A DNA stretch of 64,000 nucleotides. It comes from Polymyxa betae A26-41 (Eukaryota; Protista; Endomyxa: Phytomyxea). The position numbers and the translations under genes were made by a program. The notes beneath the pieces were generated by a model, which was not told the DNA's origin, ran no database searches, and saw only the letters and a program-made list of their open reading frames with translations. Shown in pieces: positions 12,501 to 24,800 of the stretch; within the stretch, counting starts at the first letter, position 1, and every line of letters begins with the position of its first letter. Location of the stretch: positions 1 to 64,000 of the forward strand of contig RBZT01000620.1 of the NCBI GenBank assembly GCA_003693705.1, read 5' to 3'.

Positions 12501-13913
12501 TATTCGTTTGAATTGAAACATCTTTAGGCTTTGACCGTCTCGGTAATTTCCTTACAAGCATTGCTTCAAGTAATCCGTGCAAGAATCAGATTCCGAAGAT
12601 GGCGTTCATCTCTGGCTGCAATACAATCTGCTATTGCTACATATGCCGGTGTTCGGTCACATGTCAGCAAGAATATCATTGCAGCTGCAATGCTAACGCT
12701 CGTAGCAAATCGTGCTGCTAGAAGTCTGCTTCGATCCTGGTCTCAGAAAGCAAAAGATGTCGATCTGAATAAGATCGATGGTATTGATGCACTTTATGTA
12801 ACCAGTCAAGTTGTAATGTTGACGTTTACGACGAGTGACGTCACAAGTGCCATGTTAAGGCTGATTTGTCAATTACGAGATGGAGCTCCATTCCGAATCT
12901 ACAACTTATGCCTTGGTAACATTATTTTATTGGTATTTGTTGACTTAGACATCGAGTTCAGATATCGAATACGATAAGAGTGCTCTGCTTCCTGGCGAAT
13001 TGGCTCATTTCCCATCATCAGGCCATACGCCATGTCCGTTTGCAATGCTCTGCGAATTCTGCCTATCGATCTCGGAATGGATCTCAAAACCGGATTCGAT
13101 CGCCATCGTTCACAGTAAGGGTGGTCGAGGTCGATGCAGGTAATCGAACGTTACGCGATTTGAGAGAGAATAATTTATTCATGCCTGGTTGCAGCCTAAT
13201 GATAGGCGCTTATCTATTGCATCAGCGTATCTCAGTAAGCCAAGCTGATGCTATGTCTCGTGTAGCATCGCTATGTTCCGATCAGGATCCAGATAGACAT
13301 CTTGCGCCATCTCAACGTCGCTACCTCGAATATTGTACTGTTTCAATTACGAACACATTGACTGGTTCTGATTGACGTTGACTTGATAGATCATCGTTAT
13401 GTGATCGCTAGCCCACCAACCCAGCTGAATGTGACTGTCAACTTAACCCATGCAACTCTGGATAATGTGGACTCAAGCTATATGGGTCCGGATATGGAGA
13501 TCTGGTTAATGATAGCTACTCAGCAGGTTTGTCAAGACACTGCTGGTCATGATTCTCGATTTGAATGAGCTCATGTTCAGGACGATGGGAAAATGCGGCA
13601 GAAATGGATTCGATCTGTGTCCAGGACGGCAACGTCGTGTTCGTGGAAGCTGCGGAAACCTTGCTTGCTTTCAGGAGATGTAAAAATTGAAGTCCTTTCT
13701 CGTGAGAAACGCGGCAAAGTCGCCAAAGTTCTCATGTACGTCTGTACCCATTCAGCCTTCGTCCAGCCCCGATCGGTTTTCACCAAAACGGTATTGCTGA
13801 AGGATGTTGTTGGTATTTGCCTTTTCTCATCAGCTTTTTAGGAGCTCGATAAAGTATATCGCGATGCTGATAAATTTCAATTTGTAAGGTTCTCTATCGA
13901 TTTTGAGACCTGA
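9591..13913 (+). CDS. Myosin heavy chain with N-terminal SH3-like domain, motor, IQ-like neck and C-terminal PTEN-like phosphatase + C2 tail
   Basis: P-loop GDSGAGKTE, NPVLEAFGNA, switch I NSSRFGK, switch II ILDVFGFE, HFIRCIKPN. The tail has FRIYNLC, IAIVHSKGGRGRC, PSQRRYLEY and the C2-like GDVKIE...FTKTELDK. Exons join in frame across GT-AG introns; TGA at 13911-13913. Confidence 0.9.
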
Positions 13914-14049
13914 TCTTATAATGAAAGCTCATAAAATAATAGCAGAGTTAACTGCAGATTATATGCTCAGATTTACTTGTCTCCGTGCAGCATAGATATC
14001 AATTGTTTCTTCATTCTATTCTTTTCGCCCGTAACAGATTTACTGTGTC

Positions 14050-14907
14050 GAAGCGTGGCAATACGTTTAGACGTTGAGTTAAAGATGTTCGCCTTTCTCT
14101 CCAACTGGAATACTTTGAATTCCATGCCAGATTATCGAACAAACATTTGCAGACAATAATCTATCACCACAATTATTTTGTAAAACCAGCATAATCTTCG
14201 GGTCTTGGTTCTAAGAGCATACCAAGATATCAAGTCGTCCGTCCACAACAAACTCGATAAATTCTCTGGTATCTTCCACCATAACGGATTATGGATCAGA
14301 AAATTCTAAACTTCCAGCGTCAGATTTTTCCAATAGGACTTAGGAGCTACGAGATGGCTTCATCGACGAAATCGTTAAGTAATGCATTACTGTTATCAGA
14401 TGAATATCCAAAAGAATAGATAGGTAATCGTATTCGTAAAGATGCTTCAGTGTGTGACGAACATAACGTGCGAATCATCTACAACTTCTCAGTTATCAAC
14501 TCACATTTGGCATCATGATCTCAGCTCTGAGCCGGTTGCGACTGGGGTTCGAGATCTGTGTAAACTGGTTGAGAACGCTCTTTACCCTCAAAACGCTACT
14601 GTACGGCTATGTAGGCAGGCCAGACACCAACCAAGTATTGCTTTCAGGAGGATATAGTTTTTGGACTGGAAAACTGATTCTCAAATCGCAGGACATCAAT
14701 GCTAATGAAAAAGACACACAAGCGCAGGTTGAAGGCGAAGTCGAAACCGCGACTTTTGAGGACCAAGTCGAACTGGAATTAGATAACGACGATGAGCAAT
14801 TCTTGCTGGAAGGAGCATCACAGGTCCAGTTTGACTGGAATTGTTTGAAAACGCCAGTGCCCGAGAGGATTCCGGCCAATGATGTTATTGGTGAGCCAGC
14901 ATCATGA
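14050..14907 (+). pseudogene. Degenerate hAT-like transposase fragment (tentative)
   Basis: Interrupted frames contain QHNLRVLV (CxxHxLxL-like) and LGATRWL (TRW motif). There are stops and frameshifts and no clean exon structure. Confidence 0.3.
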
Positions 14908-15503
14908 CAGATTAACCATTATGCCAATAAACTGGAAGATTACAATAAAAACTCTGTGTTTTACTATATAACGCCAATATCTGAGAGGAGTTGCTCAACT
15001 GATGACTTGATAGATTTAAATAAAAACGCTTAGTGGCTTATCACAATCAGCAAGCAAGAAATGAGAAGCGAGAACAGCGTCGCGGGTCGGTTCCAGTTTC
15101 TCATCGAAATGATGAGAAAACACCGATTTGAAGGACAAAGCTGCATCCTAAGCGACGCGTTAAGTCATGTAAACTGTAAAAACGGGTAACCAGAAAGAGA
15201 ACAAATAAGAGTTAAATAATACGACCAACAATTGCAGAGAGATTCTTGACCACGCTCACATAAACCCAAGCTGGGATCATCGACGAATAGCATGAAGTGA
15301 AAACTGCAGCAGCAAGACCGGTAATGAAATTCGGAATAGGCAATCTAGGGCATCTTGAGATGGGACAATTATCTTGTGCAGTGATGTGATATAAATCAAA
15401 GCCTTCGTCTTCATTCCTGTTCTCACTGAAGAATTTACAATTCGGCATTGAAGACAGTATCAGCATTCTGAGGGAAAATCAACAAAGCATCTATTTCTGA
15501 TTG

Positions 15504-15893
15504 TTAAACACACCTCTCAAACTCAATACCCTGTATAAGGCGTTCAGCAACAGCAGCCAGGTCGCCATCGTCGACAAGCTCGTCGTCAGGGCAAAATGCG
15601 ACCAAATCGTCTTCTCTTTCCACTATTTGAATGTGGATATCTTTCTGTTTACAGCTATCACACTCGACGGAAACAAACGTCGAAGCACCAGCTGATGCCA
15701 CCCTGCCGATGGCCAGAAGAAAATTACGACAGCGACGCTTCGCGACCGAATCGATGCGAATCTGTATGAAACCATGAGACAAGCGAACAGGATGCAGATA
15801 TCCAGGTACATTATAGTGATGGTTGATTGACAGCTTGGAAAGTGTCAGATCGTCATTCCGACACCGGCTACAAGGATCCAAGTTCAAATCCAT
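15504..15893 (-). CDS. Hypothetical protein with Cys pairs (CSRC, CDSC)
   Basis: 129-aa ORF with CxxC pairs; no family recognised. Confidence 0.25.
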   Translation of the reverse strand: MDLNLDPCSRCRNDDLTLSKLSINHHYNVPGYLHPVRLSHGFIQIRIDSVAKRRCRNFLLAIGRVASAGASTFVSVECDSCKQKDIHIQIVEREDDLVAFCPDDELVDDGDLAAVAERLIQGIEFERCV

Positions 15894-16509
15894 TAACTTT
15901 GAATATTACACCGTGGGAGGCAGTCTCAAACAGGTTGTATAATGTCGGGGTGCTTATTACAGTAACTAACAACAGTAAATCATCCAACCAAAGCTGAATC
16001 TCGACTTCATTTAAAACATATGGTAAATGGAAGCCAAACATAGACAAAATTGATTGGGTCACAATAGTGTGTCATCATTAGCTCTGCTGATTATAATTAG
16101 CAGCTAGGCTCCACCAAATGGCGTTAGAGCTAATTGCTATCCAAAGAAACTATTTCTGTTCGAGTCAATTAGCTTCTAGTTGAAGCAAATTTTGCACTCA
16201 TAGGATCTGATACCTAACGTCATTTATTATTTGATTTCACGAACGATAGTCTTAACCATCAAGAAGATCTAATCTGGTGATGTCTGTCAATTTACTTTAG
16301 AAATCACGAACAAAATGATATGTTGAAGCCGCCAGCCGAAGAGTTATAAATCCTGGAAATGGGTTGGCCCATGACAGTTGAAATCGCAATCGTTAAAGGA
16401 AGGTGAAGACCGAGTTGGCGCAGCCCATCATCCATCACTGCATATATACTGCCTTTGTCTTGATTTTGCTCTTCAATATTTGTCGTCGTCGGTATTATTG
16501 CCAGTCACG

Positions 16510-17098
16510 ATGTCCAATCCCGAAGCGTATGTCGTTCCCAGAAATTTCAAGCTGCTGGAGGAGCTCGAGGCCGGCGAAAAAGGTATCTCTTCCGGTAAAC
16601 ATGCTGGCTGGGTGTCATATGGGCTTGATGGTATGTCGAATAACATCTGTTTATGTCATGATTCAACATTAGATTTATAGGCGACGATATACTCCTAACA
16701 AACGTAAGACTTGCATTCGTCAGTCCAATTATTGAAGGTTTCCTTAAGTGTGACTAACAGTGGAATGCGACGATTATTGGTCCACAGAATACCAATCTCG
16801 GTGAACGTATTTATTCTTTAAAGATTATCGCTGGATCTAGATATCCCAATGAGCCTCCTACGGTGACGTTTGTCACCAAAATCAACATGTCTCACGTTGA
16901 TGGCACCGGTTTAGTATTACCGAGTTTTCCATCCATCCATAACTGGAAACCATCCAGCTCTATGGTCGATGTACTCTGTGCCTTACGGGAAGCCATGGTC
17001 TCCGCCAGGTAAACCTTCCGATCCTTGTTACTCAATCGTGACTCTAAAACAATTTATGCAGCAAATTGCCACAGCCACCAATTGATTCTACCTATTAG
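16510..17098 (+). CDS. UEV1: Ubiquitin-conjugating enzyme E2 variant (UEV1/MMS2)
   Basis: [69 protein letters not shown]; 3 introns. Confidence 0.93.
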
Positions 17099-17405
17099 AT
17101 ATGTGGACTTTTTAAATAATAAACTTCATATTGTCATTGGCAGTTAATTTTGACTTTGCATTTCAATTATAGAAGTTTGGTTGGCGCCCTTTGCAGGAAA
17201 GCTTTACGGAGGCAGCAGCCACCCGTAGTTCGGCGATTTGCTGATAGGTATCGTAACGTAAGAGAGTAGAGAGACGCTGCTGCCTGCGTTATTGTTGCAA
17301 AGAACAGTTTGTCACAGGGTCGGAGGCAGTGAACTCTGCAACTGCTCTACCTGGGAGATTTCATCCTGGATCCTGCAGATTAGAAAGTCGGCGTCATTCG
17401 TCAGC

Positions 17406-18088
17406 ATGGTGGCCTTTGTTGAGGATCTCGTATCCAAAGTAACCAACATCGAATGGACGCGCCTGAATCAGTTAAGAGCGGCGTGGGGTGTCACAATTAC
17501 CATGACGACAGCTCTAGTCATTTCGGCAATTGTATGCATCTTTATTATGCTGGTTTTCATGGTTTTAGCTCTAGACTTTCGTTCATGGCTGTCTGATCCC
17601 ATCTGAAATTTTATTTCAGGTTGCGGCTGCTGAAGTACCCACGAAAACGCTGCAGTTTTCGCTGATCTGGTATATCCTGACGGTCGTTGTTTGGGCTACA
17701 TTTTCTTTCATCGTACTACTGGTCAATGTGCCTTGGATTCAGATCGACCCGTCGATCGGCTTTGGAGCTCTAGTTGCATCATCTGCGTTTCTACTTACAG
17801 TTGAAGTTGACCATTGTGTATTCTGGGCTTCGCTCAATGGGATTGTACGTTTGCTTGTCGATCTCTTTTGTATTTGTGCATTTCTATGCACTGCTTTTTC
17901 ATTGCAAGTTCGTCTGTATGATGTCATTGAGCTTATTTTGTTTAAAGAGCTCAGTTACGAGCGTAGCAGTATTCAGTGCCCTGACAGCCACTAGCTTGCT
18001 TGTCACCCTGGTAGGTTTCCTTCAATTCAAAGATGACCTTATTGGCGATACGGTAAAATCAGTGAAGTTATTAGTATTTAAGAACTAA
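17406..18088 (+). CDS. Hypothetical four-pass membrane protein
   Basis: Three exons join in frame to give ~4 hydrophobic helices (AWGVTITMTTALVISAIV; FSLIWYILTVVVWATFSFIVLL; IGFGALVASSAFLL; VAVFSALTATSLLVTLVGF). Confidence 0.6.
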
Positions 18089-18226
18089 ACTTTTGACAGA
18101 GTACCATGGAAGCTCCAAATGTCATGGCCGTTTCCTCGCAGAAACACATTAAACCAAAAGATTATTATGGCAATCATAACGCTGAGCAAGCGTAGACTTA
18201 AAGCATCAAATACATCTAACATATGT

Positions 18227-19054
18227 TTACAACCTAGATTGCAAGCTCCAATCTGGGGTTGGTTCAGAATTAGAAACCAATACAGGCGTCTGCAGATTCG
18301 CATCAACAATATCGCATTGAACATCAAAAAGGGCTTGGAATTCTATCAAAATCCGATCAGTAACTTCTTGTAAATCAAGCAATTCCGTCTTGCATAGCTT
18401 CTCCATGCTGGTGATATTGTATCCTTCCTCTCGACTTATTCCACAAGGAATTATATGATCAAAATGTGACAGATTGGGATTCACATTCAAAGCAAAGCCA
18501 TGCATTGTTAACCATCGTGAGCAAGAGATACCGACGGTAGCAATCTTATCGGATGCGACCCAAACGCCAGGATAGCTCTTATGACGATGTGCTTTGACGT
18601 CATACGAAGCCAAGGTATTGATAATTATTTGCTAGGAATTTTTTTAGAAGCGAAAAAAATAAACAAACAGCTTCTACACTGACTTCGAGAGTGGATACAT
18701 ACCAGCGAAGGTCCATTCGAAAACGGCGAAGATTCAGCAAAGGATAGAATACAAGTTGACCTATGATTGCATTTCGTTATTAGGCCCTGACGAAAGTTCG
18801 AAACAATATCAACCAGGAGCATGACATGTAATCTGGCCTCCACGTTCAACCCGAATGACTTCAATATTATCGGGAATCTGATCCAGCTTCGTCTTCCGAC
18901 CTCCAGTATAAACAAGATGATGTTGGCATACGATCAGAATGTTTCGCGGATCAGCGCCTGAGAGCTGCTGCTGATGCAACGCTTGCTGCAGAGACCAGAT
19001 CTGTTGATAAGATGTCGTCGACTTGTATAAGAACGTAGTGCAGCGTTTCAACAT
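18227..19054 (-). CDS. LIPT2: Mitochondrial lipoyl(octanoyl) transferase (LipB/LIPT2)
   Basis: [61 protein letters not shown]. Confidence 0.92.
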
Positions 19055-19104
19055 CGCTACATTGGAGTGTGAATTGGACCAGATGCGATATTGGATGCGA
19101 ATAT

Positions 19105-19110
19105 AAAAAA
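19105..19110 (-). terminator. Pol III oligo-T terminator of tRNA-Gln
   Basis: T6 run on the minus strand 4 nt after the tRNA 3' end. Confidence 0.7.
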
Positions 19111-19114
19111 GAAT

Positions 19115-19187
19115 AGGCCCCGCGCAGACTCGAACTGCGGTTGCAAGAATCAGAACCCTGCGTGCTAACCACCTACACTACAGAGCC
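19115..19187 (-). tRNA. tRNA-Gln (anticodon CTG)
   Basis: Minus strand GGCTCTGTAGTGTAGGTGGTTAGCACGCAGGGTTCTGATTCTTGCAACCGCAGTTCGAGTCTGCGCGGGGCCT folds to a cloverleaf: anticodon loop TT-CTG-AT, T-loop TTCGAGT. Confidence 0.93.
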
Positions 19188-19295
19188 AATCGTCACGATG
19201 AAACCGGTTGGGATTGTAGTCTCTCAGTTTCACACAACAAACACAGAACTTTGGCGTCGTGATCGCAAACGGGTCTCCGTGTGCATTCTGTTAAA

Positions 19296-21781
19296 ATGCA
19301 GGATCAGACCCAGGAAGACAGCGATGATGGTCCGGTGTATGTCCCGCTCAAGGTTCGTAGAGCGCGTGAAGCAGCGCTTCTATCCAGCCATTTGAGCTCT
19401 AAGCCTGCCCGTCGGGCTTTCGTCCCTGAGCCTGCTGTTGCTGAGCCTGTAATTCCTGAAAGGCCAAAGAAGTACGTTGCCACGCCCTGACGAGCCCCAT
19501 CTAACCTTGACAGATCTCTAGTGGAATTATCTCAGTCGATCGTTAAAACTGAGGGTATCGATAATGATGAACGAAGGCGTAAAGAGCAGGAAGATTTTCT
19601 GACTGAAAATCTCATTACTGATCGAGGTTGTTTAACCATCTGGATTTTATTTATTTTCGTTGTATGTTTCAATGGTTTGATTTCGGCGATGTTTTCTGCT
19701 GCTGTAATTGCACGATGCTTAAACGCTGCTTATAGGCCCACTGCTGTCTGCTGCCGAACGTGCAGCTGGACTACAAACCAAAGAACGACTAAAAAGTTCC
19801 TGGTCTGCACCAAGACAAATCGCTGCGATGTCTGAAGATCAATTTGCCGCCATCAGGCAGCGATATCGAATTCTGGTCGAAGGCGATGATATCGCACCAC
19901 CTATCAAATCGTTTCGTCAAATGAGTCAGAAAATAATGCTACAGTTTGTTTTATCTTTTAACGATTTCTTGTAGAGTTTCCATCAGCTATTATCGATTAT
20001 CTAAAGAGTATTGGTGTTCATCGGCCGACACCAATCCAAATGCAAGCTTTGCCTGTTGCCTTGAGTCGACGAGATCTGATTGGTATCGCTTCTACTGGAT
20101 CTGGTCAGTTGAGAATTCCATAACCTAACTGGTTTTGCTTAGTTTTTTGGCAGGGAAAACTTTGGCATTTGTTCTACCAATGGTGATGGCAGCAGTTGAA
20201 GCTGAAATGCGTCTTTCATTGATATCAGGGGAGGGGCCTGTTGGGCTTGGTATTTCGACTTTGTTGTTACTATTCGTTTGTTCTCAATTTGAGAATTCAG
20301 TTGTCTGTCCCTCTCGAGAATTGGCAGAGCAGACGTTCGGAATCGTTAGAGAGCTATTGACTATCGCTTCTCGTTGTTATCGCATGAAACTGAACAGTCT
20401 ATTGTGCATTGGCGGAATTGATATGAGAGACCAAATCGATCCTTCCAGGAATCCGATTCATGTTATTGTGGCCACACCAGGTCCGTTTTTTTGTTGTGCT
20501 CGCTTCCGAATTTTTCAGCGCTTCCAATTTTTTTTTAAACCGAGGCTTATTGTGATGTGTAGGTCGCTTGTTAGATATGCTGTCAAAAGCGAAAATCTGT
20601 TTAACTACCTGTTCGTACTTAACACTTGATGAAGCTGATCGAATGATTGATCTTGGGTTTGACGATGATATTCGTGCTCTTTTTGGCTATTTTCAATGTT
20701 CCAGGCAAACTGTATACACCTCTTAGACGGTGCTTGCCTGCGATAATTCTGAAATTTGTTTATACAGGTGATGTTTTCAGCCACGATGCCAACTAAAATC
20801 AAGCAATTTGCTGCTACTTCACTTGTAATGATTCGGTTTGTACAACCTCATACTTCAAATTCGGTATATCAGGTTGATCCTATTGTTGTTAATGTTGGTC
20901 GCGCTGGTGCTGCTAGCATGGATGTTGTTCAACACGTCGATTATGTTAAAGAAGAGAACAGGTGCGTTTGCGTTTACTGTTGGAACCCAGTTGATTGACT
21001 TTGACAGGATAGTCTATTTATTGCAATGCTTACAAAAATCAGCCCCACCTGTTTTGATATTCTGTTCAAATGTGTCCGATGTTGATGATATCGAGGTCTG
21101 ATTTGAGGATTCTCCATTCACCAGATCTCATCGATCTGACAGGTATACCTTCTGATTAAGGGTGTTGAAGCGGTTTCTATTCATGGTGGAAAGTCTCAAG
21201 AGGAACGCCAGGCAAGCTTCACCTGGATTTATGCTAAACCTTTCCGTCTGAAGACAATCCTAGGCGGCTATCAAGGCATTCAAATATGGTAAAAAGGATG
21301 TTTTAGTAGCGACAGATATTGCCTCCAAAGGCTTGGATTTTCCTGATGTGCAACATGTTATCAATTTCGATATGCCCAAGGAAATAGAAGATTATGTGCA
21401 CAGGTTTGGCAGTACTCTAATACTGATTGGTCTTGTTGAATGCATTTGTCATAGGATTGGTCGTACTGGTCGCCGAGGCAAGACTGGACTAGCTACAACC
21501 TTTATCAACCGCAGCTGTAATGAGACCACGCTTCTAGATTTGAAACATTTGCTGGTCGAAGCTGGTCAGCGCGTTCCACCTGCTTTGCAAAGTTTGCAGG
21601 ACTCATCTGTTGCTCATGATGGCTGTGCGTATTGTGGTGGTCTAGGTAAAAAACCTCCTTTGCTGTCATTGCAAAGCTCTCATATTTCATAGGCCATGGC
21701 GTAACGGATTGTCCCAAGTACATGACACACTCAAAAATGAAGGCAACTATGGGTTCCGAGGTCGATCTTGGAGGATATTAA
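19296..21781 (+). CDS. DDX41: DEAD-box RNA helicase DDX41/Abstrakt (RH35), multi-exon
   Basis: YVPLKVRR N-terminus, [57 protein letters not shown], and C-terminal zinc knuckle [14 protein letters not shown]. Confidence 0.93.
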
Positions 21782-21862
21782 TGACTTACAAACACCATTT
21801 AAATTTGAAACAGTATTTTTATCTGGAAGATGTATGATTGCTAGTATAATATCTAATTTAAT

Positions 21863-24800
21863 TCAAAACTCTTCGTCATCATCGTCGTTCTCAGCGGAGA
21901 AATTGTCCGATTCCGAACCATTTTCTTCACTGTTCTCGTCACTGTCGATAACATAAATGGCTTTCGACTTTACCGCCCGCCTTTGCCTGGAAGCAGCAAT
22001 CGGAGAATTATCGGATTTGGAGTCGGAGAGTACGATTACATCATTATTGTCATCACTGTCAAGAGCAGTCTTTGCCTTGGCTTTAGGTTTGGCAGATCTT
22101 GATACCGCAGATTTTGCGACAGGTTTCAATTTTTGAGCTGCTTTCGACGAACTTGAAGCTCTAGCCTTAGAAGCAACGGGTTTCTTGGGGGCCAAATCCT
22201 CCTCGTCGATACTGAATGGATCAGATTTGGAGTCGCTGGATGGGGAAGGCTTAGACTTCTTCTGAACAGGAGGGGCCACAGTCGAAGAAGTCATAGCTCG
22301 CTTGGATGTCGCAGCGTTTGAAATGGACTTCTGGGCAAGACGCTCAGAAAGCGAAAGTTTCTTGGTTTGCGATTTGATAATAACCAAATCATCAGATTCG
22401 TCATCTTCGCTGAGAGCTTCCAGCTTCAAAGCAGAACGGGAAGGGCCACCTTTAGTACGAGGCTTCGCATTGACCTCAGTGCTGTTAAAGCCGAGCACGT
22501 CGAGGTCGGAAAACGCATCCGAAATGATATCATCAGTCGAAGATTTGCACTTGGAACCCTTTGTTGATCGGTTTGGCTTCAGCACTTTCGACTTCGCTGC
22601 TCTGACGGTGACTGCGGATGTTGAGTTACGAGGCATATTCTCAGCGTCTGAAACGCATTCTAATTCTTGAACATTGAAGTCGCGCACGTGTATTTCGGCG
22701 CTGCAAACAGAAGCTGGCTGATATGTCAGTTTCCTGGATTTGGCAGCAGCTATAAGTGCAGTATGAGGAGATTGCCGCTTCGTTTTTTTGGCCAGCTCAG
22801 AATCGGCCTGTTTCTGTTCGGTTTCCTCAGCGGTTTCATGAATGTTGAGAATCTTGAGGAAGTTGTCAAGATCTGTAAGCCACATGTCTCGTGGACTGGT
22901 TTTTTCCAACACGTCAATCTCCTTTCGTTTGTTCTCCAGTTCCGTTACCAATTCTTCAACTTTTTCCTTGGTCAGACTGAGCAAAGGCATATTCAGCAGG
23001 TAGTCAAAGGAGGCGTTCAACGTATCTGTATCATCATCTCCATCATCAAGACGAATATTGTGCTTGAGGATAATCATCTTGGTGTCATATGAAGGACCAG
23101 GGAGGCGATCGAAGCCTTGCTTCTCAAGCATTTCTTCAATGCGAACCCGGGGAACGTTTCGAATGTGAATTTCCTCTCGGATACAGCCCAAAATAAAACG
23201 AGCCTAAACAAAGTCAGAAATTGGAAACCAAGGACAATGTAAACTGACCTTGTTGTCCAAACGCTTGCACTGACGCTGAAGCACAGACATCATGTGTTCT
23301 TTACGTAGAACGTACCTACACATTACTCACTTAGAGAAACACTGAATACTGCTCACAAGACTTACATATCATTACGGACAACGTAGTGTTCCTCCAGAAT
23401 CTGCTCAACATTATAATAGTGCTTGATCTGACCATCAGCATCGAAAAGAATCATATTCGAAGTAGCAATAGTATTACTCAGCTTGAACTTTTTGATAATT
23501 TCGGCCTCTGACGCACTGGAAAATGGGCAATCAATGCCTTCGCCGACATCAACAGTGAAATCAACGCGAATGTCGGTATGGCGAGCTTGGAATCCAAGAA
23601 TATCCTTCTTCTCGTCTTTCTCCTCCAACATTGCTTTATAAGAATCCGTTGACTTATTGACAGGAATTTCAAGAATAGAGAAAGATCGTTGATGTCTCTG
23701 AACAACACCAAACATCTCAAATCTTTTAGTTTGGTTGTTGCTCTCAATCGAGTTAATACTGCCCAGAAAGTTCTTATACCTGAAGAATGCTTAATTGCCT
23801 GACAGCATTTAATCAAATAAGTGCGAACCATGGGATCAAGACAGGGCGGTTGGGGCTATCGGTAATTCGTGATTTGACCCATTCCACCAAGTCGCGAGGA
23901 TTGTATTGCGGAATCGACGTGGACCATCCAGTTCCAATACCTTCGGCTCCGTTAACAAGCACCATCGGAATACTGGGACATATTAGACAGCCAACATTGT
24001 GTAAAAACGAATTTCCCTACATAGGAACATAATACTTGGGCTCAATCTTCATTCCATCATCGTCCAGGTAATGGAGCAGCGGGTCATCTTGTTCAGGGAA
24101 CAAAGCACGTGTAACAGGTGACAATCCAGTGAAGATATAACGGGGTGATGCAGCGTCTTTACCCAAACAATGACGAGTACCGAATTGACCATTCGGAAGC
24201 AACAAGTTAATATTGTTGCTGCCACAATAATTCTGGGCCAAGTTAATAATGGTCGCGGTAAGAGATTGCTACAGTATCATTGATAAATAAAGGGGACACA
24301 ACAGCAGGACAAACGCAAACCTCGCCATGATGATAAGCAGAATGTTCAGCTACATACCCTGCTAGTTGGGCAACTTTAATCTCGCCGGTCAATCTTTCCA
24401 CAGCTTAGCGGCAGCTCAATGAAAACTTTTCAAATTGTCATACTTTCTTTTGAAGCAACCGTAAATAATTTTACGTTGACCGGGTTTCAAACCGTCAAGC
24501 AACGAGGGAATAGAACGCACGTTGTCTGATTGAGAGAACAGAACAAGCTCACGGTCAACAAATTCCTGATACGACACCTGGCCACGGCGGTAATCAATGA
24601 AGGTCCCATCCTCAACATTTGACAGCCAGGTCTTCCGGTCTTCGACTCGCTTCTTGCTAAATGCCTAAAAGAAATGCTCAAATGGACGAGAACGATACGA
24701 TGAGTGATGTTACCTTTTCAATAGCATCGTCATTAAGCTTGCCATCCATCGATGAATCCCACTTAAACCATACTTGGTGCTAAAAGAATAATTCACGAAA

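Noticed and set aside
22302-23092. Long antisense ORFs over TOP2 (and similar ones over EF-Tu, enolase and the mucins)
   Set aside because: Shadow ORFs caused by codon bias and low-complexity sequence on the coding strand.
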